Assembly (NCBI GenBank): GCA_013239625.1
Contig: MU054220.1
Coordinates: forward strand, 7,351,367 to 7,415,366
Length of the DNA stretch: 64,000 nt
Direction: 5' to 3'
Origin: Lama guanicoe
Lineage: Eukaryota
The notes beneath the pieces were generated by a model. The model saw nothing but the letters and a program-made list of their open reading frames with translations, had not been told where the DNA came from and did no database searches. A program made the position numbers and the translations under genes. Shown in pieces: positions 25,925 to 38,104 of the stretch; within the stretch, counting starts at the first letter, position 1, and each line of letters begins with the position of its first letter.

Positions 25925-26160
25925 GAGCGAAGTCCTTAAAAGTTTAGGCCCCTGGATTTAGAATGTCTGTCTGAACCTTGCCTCCACCACTCACCAGAAA
26001 GGAAACAATTTGAGCTCTGAAGCCTCAGTTTGTTCATCTGTAAAATGAGAACAATAGCCTAACGACACCACGAAGTAGCTGTGAGGCTTTATGTGAGGTA
26101 ATATGTGTATATGAAGCATTAGGATGAGGTCTGGCACCTAGACATTTACCAACAAAGTGT
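25925..26160 (+). mobile_element. MIR SINE
   Basis: 'ctctgaagcctcagtttgttcatctgtaaaatgagaacaata...gtgaggctttatgtgaggtaat'. Confidence 0.75.
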
Positions 26161-27224
26161 GGTTTTTATTACCAACCACATACTGATGAACTTATGTACT
26201 TTAGAAAAGAGAAACTTTATAAGTTGTTTTTCTTCAACCTGTTGCAAGAGGTATTTTCCAGTGTCCTGAGATAGGACAGCCCCCAGCAAGACCCCACAGA
26301 AACCACGTGGGACGGGAGCTGTCGCTGATTTATTTCAGGGATTGCCTGACCTAAGATGGATGTGCAATGGGCATTTCAAAGCCGTTTTGTATAGAATATT
26401 CAAACCAGAGATAGAAATCGGTACTGAAGGAACTACATAGTGATTATTTTTCGGGTGTTTTGACTACGGGGGAGGAGTTGTACGTGGGTAGGTGAGGTAA
26501 GGCTAAGGGCTTGCTTGAGCCAATAAGCAGATCCAGTGAGAAAGCAATCATTTTTCATTTTCTCAAGCCCTTTCCTGAGGAAAGCTAATACTTTACCCTT
26601 CAGGAGAGAGAGAGAGACATCTGTCGTTAAAGCACTGGCTGAGTGTATATCTCTTCTTCAATGTTAACTATATAGGTTCTCAACAAACATGGAGGAGTGA
26701 GTGGCTGGACAGGTGGATGGATGGATGAATAAAAGGCATGGCCCTCTACCCCACTTCTGCTTTCTACTGAACAACAAACAAGCAAACAAACAAAAAAACC
26801 AAGAAAGCCCCCAGAGGGCTGTGCTTAAAAAAAAAAATGTCTTTGGGGTCAGTCAGAATGTCTCTAAGAAACTGGCTAGAAATTCTCATTCATGTACTGG
26901 CTCTAAGTTTTCTCATCTCCTAACTGGGGCTTATATTACCTCAAGGTTATGGTGCATGGACTGCTTGGGAAAACATGTGTGTGAAAAAAATTTTTTTCCG
27001 TATAATAACTGTTATTAACTGGATAGTTTTATTAAAAATAAACGGAGAGGTAGGTGAACTCCAGTAGGTCTTTACTTGGGCCAGTACAGTGTAGGAGACT
27101 ATAAAATATCAGACGAGGAAGTGGATGGCTGAAAACAGCTAGAAAAAATGAAATCAAGGCTGAGTTGCTAATTCACAGCCTGCCCTGAATTACTGGTGAA
27201 AGATGATAATTTACACGCGATACG

Positions 27225-27427
27225 AGGAGTCATCGAGCTACAGCTGTGGACCAAATCCATCCCCACCACCCTGTTTTTGGATGGCTTGTGTCGATACCAA
27301 ATTTATGAAAGTCTGTTTTCTCCCTGGATGTCTAAGCACATTCATAGTTGCCTCTATTTTGCCTTTGATCCACGGAGCCTAAAATATTGACTAGTTAATT
27401 GTGTACAGAAAAATTTGCTCAGCCTGC
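27225..27427. mobile_element. MER58-like element
   Basis: 'gagcctaaaatattgact...tacagaaaaatttgctcagcctg' terminus. Confidence 0.55.
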
Positions 27428-28959
27428 CCAACTCCAAGAATGGTAAACCAAAAGTGACACATGTAATACTGTCTACTCATCACCTCACACTCTGCCTGGC
27501 ACGTGCCAGACACTCATTCAATGACTTTTCAGTGGATGAATAAATAAATCAACGTGTGAAGACATTCTTGACTTCTCAACCCCACCTTAACCAATTTTTA
27601 ATAGAGAAAACATTTGTCATCAGATTTCTCAAAAACAGGTATTTTAAATTTTGCCAAGAGAGGAAGAGTCACTTAAAAAATATGGCCAAATTTTAAAAAT
27701 ACAAACTCATCAAAAATATTTCAGCAACAGAGTGTATGTAAACAACGAGACATTATTTGGAGGCTGCTGCTAGGGGCAGAATTTACTTCTGCGTTTTGTG
27801 GTTGAGATTCTACCAGCGTGTGGACTTCCTTATTTGAATATTGCATGAAAGATGATTTTAAAGGGCAGAAAAGCTTCTTAAGCCCGGTGAGCCTTCATCA
27901 TTTAATGCCTCTTCCTTTCGCTGTTGGAGAAGTTCAGGTGGGGAGAATCGCATCTCCAGTGATGCTGATGACATCACAGAGGAGGCTTCCTGGCTTCCCT
28001 CTGTGTGGTGTTCACAGCGTGGAAAGATTTCCTCTTAATACAGTTCTTTGGACACAAGAGCTGTGTGACTTAATGTTAGCCCTTTCCAGGTTCTTAATGT
28101 AAATATAACAGAGTCTATTTTTTTTTGATGTGCCATTTATTGCTATTTATAAATCTATCAGCCTCCATTTTCATATTTCCCCCTTTGTTGATGTGGTTGA
28201 AAAAATTTTCTACTTTGATTATTTGATTTCCTCTGGTCTTTTAATGTAAATCCCTTCAAATCGTTTTTTTTTTTTAAAGTAGGTAAGCAACTGTAATCGC
28301 TAACTATATAAAAACGATGCTTATGTTCCAGCTTCGGAGACATATCAGAGTTAAATAATCATTTTCTCCCCTAAAGCAAACAAGTATTACACATTTATTT
28401 ACAGGTGCTCCCATCACAGCATTCGTGGGGTTCTGGGTAAGACTACTAAAGGAAGGCCACACGCCATATACCTAAATAGCTAAAAGTTATAAATTAAGCT
28501 AATACATTGGCAAATAAAATACGCTGACAAGTTTGCTTTTATTTCAGCATGGAAGGCAGTTGTGAACTTGACTTTCTTGGACTCCCAGAATGTGATGGTT
28601 CAGGGAGGGTCATGCTGAAGCCCTGTCATCCCGTCATCTTCTTTTCTCCCCTTCCTGTGCCATCCATCTCCCCCAGGGACCAAGAAGACAATAAAAGTCC
28701 ACCACAACTTGCCCCTTGGCCGTCTCTCAGGCCAGCCCTTGAGGTGTGCCATAGTCAGCCTTAAGTTGGTCCAGGGGTGTTTGGTAGAGAAGTCTGGAGT
28801 CCTGGCTAACTGGATTATGGATTGGAATGTGGGCGCTGGATTCAGTGGGCGTGTCCTCTTGGACATGTGATTTCCTTACTCCACAGAAGGCAGAGCCAAA
28901 AGGCCAGAGCGGGCCCTCCCTCTATGACCAAGGCACGTGCTCCTCTCCAGGTTGGTGCT

Positions 28960-29185
28960 CTGTAGTGCAATGGAAAGAACTTTGACATTGAAGTCAACTG
29001 TAGGTTCAAAGCTCAACTGCACTTCTCATTTCCATTCTGACTCTGGTTCTACTCAAACTCTCTGAATGTGGCTTTTCTACCTGCCAACTTTTCTATGAGT
29101 TTGTTGTGAGATGCAAATATGATCATGGGTGCACACCATTAGCACAGTGCTGTGCGTCCAGTAGGCCTTTTTAAAATGTTAGTTC
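28960..29185 (+). mobile_element. MIR SINE
   Basis: 'tgtagtgcaatggaaagaactttgac...ttgttgtgagatgcaaat...ttagcacagtgc'. Confidence 0.6.
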
Positions 29186-29829
29186 CCTTCACAAAAACTG
29201 GGTAATTATAGATAGTAAATACCTATAAAGTGCCCAGGTTTGTGCCTGGTAAAAGATAGTATACAAAACAGTATAAAGAAGTAGTTGGTAGCTTTAAAAA
29301 TAAATATATATAGAGAGAGCTTGCTGAGTCTATGCTAAGCATTTCACCTAAATGATGTCAAATCAACCCTCTGAGTTAAGGGCACTTGTATTTATTTTAC
29401 AAAGGAGCAGGCTGTGCGGACATATGGTTGAGTTAGAAAGTAACACAGCTGGGACTAAAATTCAGATCTAGCTCCTTATTCCATACTTCTAACCATTCAT
29501 AACCTCAAGGAGTTTGGCAGAGTAGGAATAACATAAAGCAAATCACCAAGAAAGCATTAAATAATTAATTATTGAATTTCGGATAGCAAAACCCAGCTAT
29601 CAATTCTTAGCATGTGATGACAAGAGGTTTGTTAAAAGGTATTATTTGCAATTTAAAATATATGGTTTCATGAAATGGATTCTTCCTCCCAATATAATTA
29701 GCACATGGCTGTCGTAAAGACATCTCCAAATTCCATTAACCTTTTAAGTAAAGCAATGAATCTGGGCTTAGCTGTACACTGACACATTATGCAGGAGACT
29801 GAATCCAGCATTGCCATTACAGCGTGAGG

Positions 29830-30086
29830 GCTAATGATCTCAACTTACAGGGTACTCCTGTAAATGCAGATTCCAAGGCCCCACCTAAGTATAACGAATC
29901 AGGTTCTCTGGCCATATGGCCCAGGAATCTGAATTTTAACAAGCACTCCAGGGTAATTCTTACTCATACTCACCTCTGACCCTTTCATCTTCCTCCGATT
30001 CAACTGGGGTTGGGGATGAGCCCATTTGGTTTTTAAATTGCTTACCAGGTGATTTTTATTTTGCAGCCAAGGTTGAGAACTCCTGG
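29830..30086. mobile_element. MER5A/B-like fragments
   Basis: 'aaatgcagattccaaggccccacc...gaatcag...ggcccaggaatctgaattttaacaagcactcca' and 'ccaggtgatt...gcagccaaggttgagaac'. Confidence 0.7.
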
Positions 30087-32247
30087 CAGAAATGTTTCTC
30101 TTTAGAATGGGAAGATCTCAAGCAGAATGAAGTTAAAGTACAAAGATTTCTAAGCTATAATAAGCAAGTCAATTCATTAAGGCTTACATGTTTACTAAGT
30201 GCCAGGCCCTGTGTATCAAAGTGAGCATCAAAAAAAAAAAAAAAAGGAGGGGGAGCATGCACCTGCTTTCACATATTATGAAGCTGACAGAAGAGGTTAA
30301 CGGGTAACAAAATGATATGAAATTGAATTATCTGTCTGTGTTCATGAGGAAAGTATATTTAAGGGGGTGAGGACATGTTAGTTACCCCATCACAAATACA
30401 AAGTCCTAGGGATAAAAGCTTAGAACAAAGAAACAATAGTGGTACTCTGACTTTTAATAGATTTGTCAATGGATTTAGTCATTCTTGACTTTAATGACTT
30501 TAATTTTTTGTTGATTTTATTTTATTGACTATAAAATTTTTTACTCACATTCCCTTGCGTGGTTCACAATGGGCAGCTGCTTCAGTTTCTATGATGAGGT
30601 GAATGGAAAGCTCTTCAAGAACCTCAGTTTTCAAGGCTGAAAGTATATAAACCCCGGCGTTTGACTGGTTTTGCCGTCTTACTGCTCACATTTTAATCAG
30701 TTGATGCCTAGTTTAGACTGGTATCTGGCTGAGTTGGGACATGTTTGATCTTAGGACAAGGGTCCAATAATAAATACATATCCCACAGAGCCTTTTAGCT
30801 TTTGTCTAGGTGAAAAGTCTCTTTTATCATCAAGGGTTCTTTGATGTAAGGGACCCTCTGGGCTTTTGATGTGCCAAGTGCTCAGAATGGGAGATTGTCT
30901 TCGCCATCCCAGTTCTGGCTTTGTGAAAGCGAAGAACTAAATGACTTTGAGGCAACTGGGAACTACATACACGTGCAAATCACAACTCCATTTCCTTCTA
31001 GTATATTCTCAAGTTGCTGTGAGTGCAAATCAGCTCATACGACATTGGTTTTAGATTTATTCCCTGTATGGTAGTCTCTCTTCTTTCTTTTTTTCCCTAT
31101 ACCATACAACTCACTTTCAGATATTTCATCATGGCTAACAAAATAACCATCTTTCATTTTCACCAATACTTTACACATTTTTAACAATACTTACCAAAAG
31201 TGATGAATATACAGTGTAGACTAGACTAGGGTACACAAGGCATGCAGATACAATTATAACAAATATGAAGGTGTAGTCTATTGGGAGATGCTAATGAGTA
31301 TATTAGGGAAAACACACAGGAAAGGCGTCTCACGCTTAGAGGAAGAGATAAGACTGGAGGAGATACTTAAAGATTTATAGGTAGAGTTAAGATGGTGACT
31401 ATTTAGCGCCCTGGAGTGGGAATGGAAAGAAGTGGATGGTTTCAAGAGATTGTTAGGTCTTTGACAGGATACAGTGTTGGATATATTTTAAGGGTACAAG
31501 AGAAGGAAAAATAATTGAAGAAACTTAGTTTTTAACTTGGGGAAATTACTGCCATGTAGTTCCATTCACTGATATAGATTGGAAACTGAAGATGACCAGT
31601 AAATGTTTGAAAACATGGTCTGGAGCTCAGAAAGGAAAACTGGGCAGCCAGCAGGGTTGCAAAAGTCTCCAGCATAACATTACTAATTGATGCCATCGGA
31701 GTGGCCGATTTCTGGCAGCAGGGGGATCAGCACAGGCAGAGAGATGCCAGTGTGGAGTATTTTTACAATGTGGCAAGTAACAAGAGAGGAGACTGGAGAC
31801 TGGAGAGGGACCTGGTGATGCAGAGCTTTGAAATCAGCATTAAGAGGTTTGGAACCTTTTTTTCCTTTATGAATTGGAGACATCTGTTTATTTGTTTCTT
31901 TTTAATTACACGTATATTGTTGATAGGCAGTTTGAGTGTTCGGTTTGTGTATGTGTTTGTGGCTATTGGGGGGGCAGTCTCTGATCATGCTAATGAGGCA
32001 GCGGGGCCAATAAATGACAAACCGTCAGGCAAGCGATATTTGAGTCTAAGGTTAGTGGTTCTAGACATGGTGGGGAAACACTGTACTGCAGTCTCCTGCA
32101 TTTGACTAAATGGATATGTTTGTTTGGGATGGTGATACATAACAGGGAAGGACTAATCATACTTAGCAACTAGGTTATGTAGGTGGAGCAAGAACGTGGC
32201 AGTGAGCATCCTTCCCCTTAGAAAGACTAGATCAAATCTGTGTCCTC

Positions 32248-32810
32248 TTTGATGGTTCAGATGTCTGCGTAAGCTCACTGCAACATTAGTTTTCTAACTA
32301 TTGACTGTTTCATCAAAAGTGGTCGTTTTCAGTACAGAATCTGCCACTAGGTTCAAAACAAATATTTGTGAATATAGTAATTAAATGTTATCACAATAAT
32401 TAATAATTATATTTTCCTTTGGGTTCACAAAGACAAAATTGCATTTCAAATTATAAATGTACAAGATACATTTTTTTTTGTTTATATGCAGTCTTTTTTT
32501 CCCTTTAATCAAATAAATGCCAGTAGTTTAATTTGATGGTTCAGATGTCTGCGTAAGCTCACTGCAACATTAGTTTTCTAACTATTGACTGTTTCATCAA
32601 AAGTGGTCGTTTTCAGTACAGAATCTGCCACTAGGTTCAAAACAAATATTTGTGAATATAGTAATTAAATGTTATCACAATAATTAATAATTATATTTTC
32701 CTTTGGGTTCACAAAGACAAAATTGCATTTCAAATTATAAATGTACAAAATACATTTTTTTTGTTTATATGCAGTCTTTTTTTCCCTTTAAGCAAATACA
32801 TTCCAGTAGT
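32248..32810. repeat. About 280-bp tandem duplication (period 284)
   Basis: Copy 1 at 32248-32527 and copy 2 at 32532-32810, identical over the first ~215 bp. Confidence 0.95.
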
Positions 32811-33079
32811 ATACAAGTGACCTGTTCTAAATAGAAGTCTCAGAAATACGGATCAATACCCAGGGCAATGCTAGGAAGACAAAGAGGTAGGGATAATCCA
32901 TCAGGACCAACCACAAAATAAGCTTAGGGTCTTTAGATTTGGTAATATGGGAATGGTTACTATTTTGAACAAGTGATTCTGGGAAGACAAAGATATGGAC
33001 AAGGAAACTGCAAGTGTTTCTGCCCAGCTTTTTGCTTCTCAAAATTGTTGTGCTCTGTTTTTAAATTTGTCCTTTCATT

Positions 33080-33520
33080 TTAAACTTTTGATTTTGAAAT
33101 ACTTTCATATAAAATAATCACAAATATACAATAAGAGATTTTCATTTACCCTTCACTCAGCTACCTCAAATGATAACATTTTATGTAAACACAATGATCA
33201 AAAATTATGAAATTAACATTTATGTAAAACTATTTCAAATTTTATCAAATGTCTCGGTAATTTCTCTTTTTTTGTTTTTTCCCTTTTAAAAACACAAAAG
33301 TGTGGATCCAATTCAGGATCCCACATTCCATTTAGTTTTCTCATCTCCTTAGCCTCTTTTGACCTGGGAGAGTTCCGCAATCTCTCTTTGTCTTTCATGA
33401 CCTCTGTATTTTTCATTGGCCAGAAATTGTGTAAAATGTTCCAATTTGGGTCTGATGCTTTCTTACGAGTAAATTCAAGTTACGAAAGTTTGGCAAAAAT
33501 ATACCACAGAATGATGTATG
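33080..33520 (-). mobile_element. Old L1 (L1MC-like) 3' end
   Basis: 'tacccttcactcagct...atccaattcaggatcccacattccatttagtt...tctttgtctttcatgacc...ttggcaaaaatatacca'. Confidence 0.7.
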
Positions 33521-33854
33521 CATTACACGTTGGGACTTTTGATGAATCCCACTTATCAACAGTTACTCTCTTTATTGTCACATTTTTTTTAAAAATGGAG
33601 AAATAGAATTTGGCGCTACATAGGGATAAAGAATATATGCTTTATTATTTATGAAGCTGAATTAGATAATAGACCTTAAACTTGAGTCCTCTCGCTCCTA
33701 AATTGAGCTTCTTACTGCCTCTGCCTTTGCAAAATGACATGACTTCCCTGGCGGAGGTCGGGGCTGTTCAGACATACGTATCTTATGGGGGAGAGGCGCA
33801 AACTCCGACATCATTACCCTTGTCCAGGGAAATCCATGGGCCAATAGCAGCTAT

Positions 33855-34204
33855 ACAGTGGTAGTTGTCAGGGATATTCATGAAGTACTTTTTTCTTTTT
33901 TGCTTCTAGGCACGTGGTAAAATTGTACTTTTCTGCCCCCATGAAGTAAGATACAACTTCAGCCAATGGCATGTGAGAAAAATGTCATTTCTTAAAGGAA
34001 GACTCCTTACCTTCTGCCATAGGGATGGTAACTACTGGCTCAGCCTGGGTCCTTGAATGGGGGAGGTATGGGGAAGAGCTATCAGCTGATCTGAAGTAGT
34101 CCTATAGCATGAGTGAAACGTAAACCTTTGGTGGTCTGAACCTGTGAGCTTTGGGTAGGGGTATGATTGCTAATGGAACATGGGCTAGACTGTGCTAAAT
34201 AACA
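33855..34204 (+). mobile_element. MaLR LTR (MLT1J-like)
   Basis: 'ggcacgtggtaaaattgtacttt...agccaatggcatgtgag...cagcctgggtccttga...gcatgagtgaaacgtaaacctttg'. Confidence 0.65.
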
Positions 34205-34459
34205 GAGACTGGTTCCATCTTACCAGCAAGATAAGTCAGTTTCCAGCCCTTGGGAGGTAGTTTTCTCCCCAGCAAGGGGAAGAAAAGCATTGATGGAAGT
34301 TCTAATTTTATGGGACAGCAGGGTCTTTGAAAGAGAGAACTTTGTCCCTTTTCCAGAAGACAATAATGATACATAGTAATAACTATATTATAGAGAAAAC
34401 AATCAAGATACATAAATATAAACAATATACAAATACAATAGAAAGTATAAAAAATAGCA

Positions 34460-34690
34460 TCAGTGACAGCTGACATGGTAGCATGCCTATCACGTACCAC
34501 TAATGGAGAGGAATTTTACATGTATTTTCTCTTTCATTTCCCACGAGAGCCTTATGAGGTAGCCCTTGTTATCTGTCAACTTTATTAATAAAGAGCTGAA
34601 GCTTAAAAATTTTAACTCTCTCACCCAAAGACTCAGATAGTAAGAAGTGAAACTCGAATTCAAATCCAGCTCTATTGGCTCCACTGTTCT
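34460..34690 (-). mobile_element. MIR SINE
   Basis: 'gccttatgaggtag...gctgaagctt...tcacccaaagactcaga...aattcaaatccag'. Confidence 0.6.
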
Positions 34691-34691
34691 G

Positions 34692-34765
34692 TATATTAAA
34701 ATCTATATATTTTAATATATATATATAATATATTTTAATATAAATATTTTATATATAGAGAGAGA
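34692..34765. repeat. Imperfect (TA)n / AT low-complexity tract
   Basis: 'tatatattttaatatatatatataatatattttaatataaatattttatatata'. Confidence 0.8.
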
Positions 34766-34909
34766 CAGCTGGGGAGAGAGGTTTGGTGTGAAATATTTGC
34801 ATTAGTAATACCTGGAATATTTAGCTTTTCTTAAAAAGTTTCATAGAGGAATTAAATATGATTGTCCATGACCCTTGAAAATAGAATTTCTGTGAAACAT
34901 TAGGTAATT

Positions 34910-35232
34910 CAATTATTTCTTAAGACTGCTGTAACCAATGACCATGAACTGAGTGGCTTAAAACAAGAAGAATTTATTATTTCACATTTCGAGGGCCTGG
35001 AGGTCCACAATCAAGGTATCTCCGGTGCCATGCTCCTTCGGAGGGGCACAGAGAAAATCCTTCCTTTCTAGCTTCTGGTTGTTCTAACAAGCTATGGGTT
35101 CCTTGGCTTGTAGCTGCATCACTCCAACCTCTGTCTCTGTCTTCACATGGCATTCTTCTCTCTGCGTCTTTGTATGACTTCTCCTCTTTTTATAAGGATT
35201 CTAGTCATCAGATTTAGAGCCCACCCAAAATA
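34910..35232 (-). mobile_element. MLT1B/C-like MaLR LTR, 3' part
   Basis: 'ctgctgtaacc...aactgagtggcttaaaacaa...ttccttggcttgtagctgcatcactccaacctctg...ttataagga...gcccaccc'. Confidence 0.8.
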
Positions 35233-35343
35233 ATGCCAGCTTTCATGATTCTTACTTTTATGCTAGAGACTAACTTCTCCCAAGCTTGTTCGGTGGCTAC
35301 TTTAGGGCCGAGTCGTCCATAGGAAGATTTTTGTTTTGCTAAT

Positions 35344-35432
35344 TGTGCTGGGCTGAATGTACCCTAAAGCTTAGACTGACCCAGAACCTCAAACTATGAC
35401 CTTATTTGGAGTAGGGTCTTTGCAATTGTAAA
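35344..35432 (+). mobile_element. MLT1-like LTR 5' end, opposite orientation to the neighbouring fragment
   Basis: 'tgtgctgggctgaatgt...cccagaacctca...gaccttatttgga...agggtctttgca'. Confidence 0.7.
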
Positions 35433-35762
35433 ATAATTACGGAATTTTCTGCTCTTAGGAGTCGTTATCTGTAGATTTTGGGTGTTCAAGCAAATCTATT
35501 GCTTTGGGACATTTTAGAATGACTCGGGCTGCCTCAGAGGGTATTGCAAAAAAAAAAAATGCTAAGATTCTTTAAAATATGTAAATTTGCTTTAAGATGA
35601 CTTTATCATTTATAAATGTTGTAATAGAGATTACAGTAGTTGTAGATATCACATTTATGCTCATCACTACTTCAAATTTACCAGTTGTTTTGAGAGCTAT
35701 GGCTAGATACTGCTGTTTTATGTGCTGTTTTTCTAGAGCTGAGAAACTTCAGTTACTCCTAA

Positions 35763-36415
35763 TGATGCAGAAAAAACAGATGTGGAGTGGGAGGAGAGCC
35801 ATGTCCCAGGCTTCGGTTGAGCCCCTGGGACATGCTCCGCCAGGTATGGGTCCTTGGCTTGGTGCAAGAAAGAATTCAAGAGCGAGCCACAGTTCAGTAA
35901 AGGTAGATTTATTTAGAGAGATGCATACTGCATAGAGCATAGGCTGTTTCAAAAGGTAAGAGGAAAGGCCACGAGGTATGGTGGTTGGGTGCTCAGATTA
36001 GAGTAAAAGGAGGTACACACTCCATAGACAGAGTGCGGGCCATCTCCAATGAAGGGGGAGAGAGGGTGAGGCCTGGAGGGGCAGTGTTGCCAGTTTTTAT
36101 GGGCTCAGTGGCTTCATATGCTAATAAGTGGAAGGACCACTCTAACTAGCCTGGGAAGGGGGCTGGGATTCCCAAGAAGTTGGCCATTTCCCAGTTTTTG
36201 ACCTTTTGTGGCTAGCCTTGGGACTGTCATATTGCCTGTGAGCATGTTATTCACCATGCTAACATGTGACAGTGAGCATGTAATGAAGCTCAAGGAAGTC
36301 ACACCTCCCACCATCTTGAGCCTCGAGGCCTACTGGGGGTTGAACCCTCAGCCATCCTGATGTTAACTGTTGTGTTGCTCCTTGAACGGCTGTGCCCCGC
36401 CCCCTTCCTGTCTCA
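35763..36415 (-). mobile_element. ERV1-type solo LTR (653 bp) with 4-bp TSD CTAA
   Basis: TGA...TCA ends; CTAA at 35759-35762 and 36416-36419; minus strand has a GC box at the U3 start, 'cccataaaa' TATA-like and AATAAA ('tttatt' on +). Confidence 0.85.
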
Positions 36416-37257
36416 CTAATATTTGCTTAACTGGATTTCAATACATTTGGCCCCTCTGGTGAAAAAATGACATCATTCAGAATTTTCGGAGTAGGGTAAA
36501 AACAAATTTAAAAAGATGGGAAACCCCTCACTAAGGTTCAGAAATCTTTAGGGGTATGCTGATTCACATTTCTGATTTCAACTTACTTATTTCTAAATGC
36601 ATGTGATGCGTGCTTATTCATTGTGGTACCCCGTGCGAGAGGCCAAGATGCATATGAATAAGGATGAAACACAGTTCTTCTGACCCTAACTGCGAGTTGG
36701 TGTGAAGATATAAGAAAATAGTAACAAAGGATTACACATATTCAACAGCAGTGGGACACAGCATTTTAAGAAAAAACGGGAATGTGTTAAGAAAGAGATT
36801 CACGTGTGAAATTCATAGGTAGAATTTTCACAGGCAAAAGGGTTAAGGGGGACATTCTAGACAGAGGATGTATTGGGAGCAAAAGCACTAATGTTGGAAA
36901 GTTAAGGGTTTTGTTTGCTTGTTTGTTTTTTGCCACAGTTTGGTCTCTGTGTTTGGCAGCACCTTAGAGATGCTGTTGGAAAGACAGTTCATCAATATCT
37001 CAGAGGAACTGAACACAAAGACAAGAAATTCATTCTTAATTTGGGAGGTGTTGAAGAGTTGGGAAGTGTTTGAGCAGGTTATTGTCAGAGCTATAATTTA
37101 GGGAGATTAATCTGGTTGCAGGATGTTGCCTTGGAGAGAAAGGAGGCAGTAGACCAGTGAGAAGGCTATTACAATGACAAAGTAGAGATGTTATAAAGGC
37201 CTGGATTAAGGTAATGTAGGTGAAAATGAGCAAAATATGAAGGACACTGAGAATATA

Positions 37258-38104
37258 CACTAGGTTTCCCCCTCCCCCAGTTTGAAAGGGATATGTTCCC
37301 AGACTCCCAGTGGATGCCTGAAATCGTGGATAGCCCCAAACCATATATGTGCTATGTTGTTTTCTTACACATACCTACCTATGATAAAACTTAATTTATA
37401 TATACAGCACAATACAAAATGAACAACTATAACTGATAATCATATAGAACAATAATAGCAATATATTGTAATAAAAGTTATGTGAGTGCGTCTCTCTCAA
37501 AATATCTTACTGTACAAATTCAATGCCTTTCCCATCTTAACTAAGCACTTATCACACACGGTGGCTGTAACTTTTACAGTTTGAAGCACAACAGGAAATC
37601 TAGAATGGGTTTCATGTTCCTTCACAGTTTCATGAATAGCAGGTCATTCTTACCACAGATCTTGGCAACCTCAGCATACAGGTTTTTTTCTTTTTACATT
37701 AAGTTGAGAACTTCCACCTTTTCACTTAAGGGAAGCACTTTACAGCTTCTCTTTGGAGTAGCTCAACTGCCAACATCACTACTGTTGTACTTCGGGGTTG
37801 TTATTATGTGAAACAAGGGTCACTTGAACACAAGCACTGTGATACCATAACCGTTGATCTGATACCCAAGCCAACTGCTAAGTGACTAACGGGCAGGGTA
37901 AGCTGGACCAAGAGATGATTCACGCCCTGGGCGGGATGGATCAGGAAGGTGCCAGCTTTCATGACGATACTCAGAACAGCACCCAAATTGAACCTTATGA
38001 ATTGCTTACCTCTGGAATTTCCCAGTTAATATTTTCAGACTATGGTTGACTACGGGTAACTGAAACTGCAAAAAGCGAAACTGCAGGAAAGGAGGAGACG
38101 GCTG
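37258..38104 (-). mobile_element. MER44/Tigger7-derived TcMar-Tigger deletion derivative, inserted in L2
   Basis: Tigger-type termini, left TA at 37256-37257, and a decayed transposase N-terminus on the minus strand (..KVLPLSEKVEVLNL..KCLVKMGKALNL); L2-like sequence on both sides. Confidence 0.8.

Noticed and set aside
14812..32810. Direct repeats considered as CRISPR-like or other prokaryotic arrays
   Set aside because: Only two copies each, no unique spacers, and the context is mammalian
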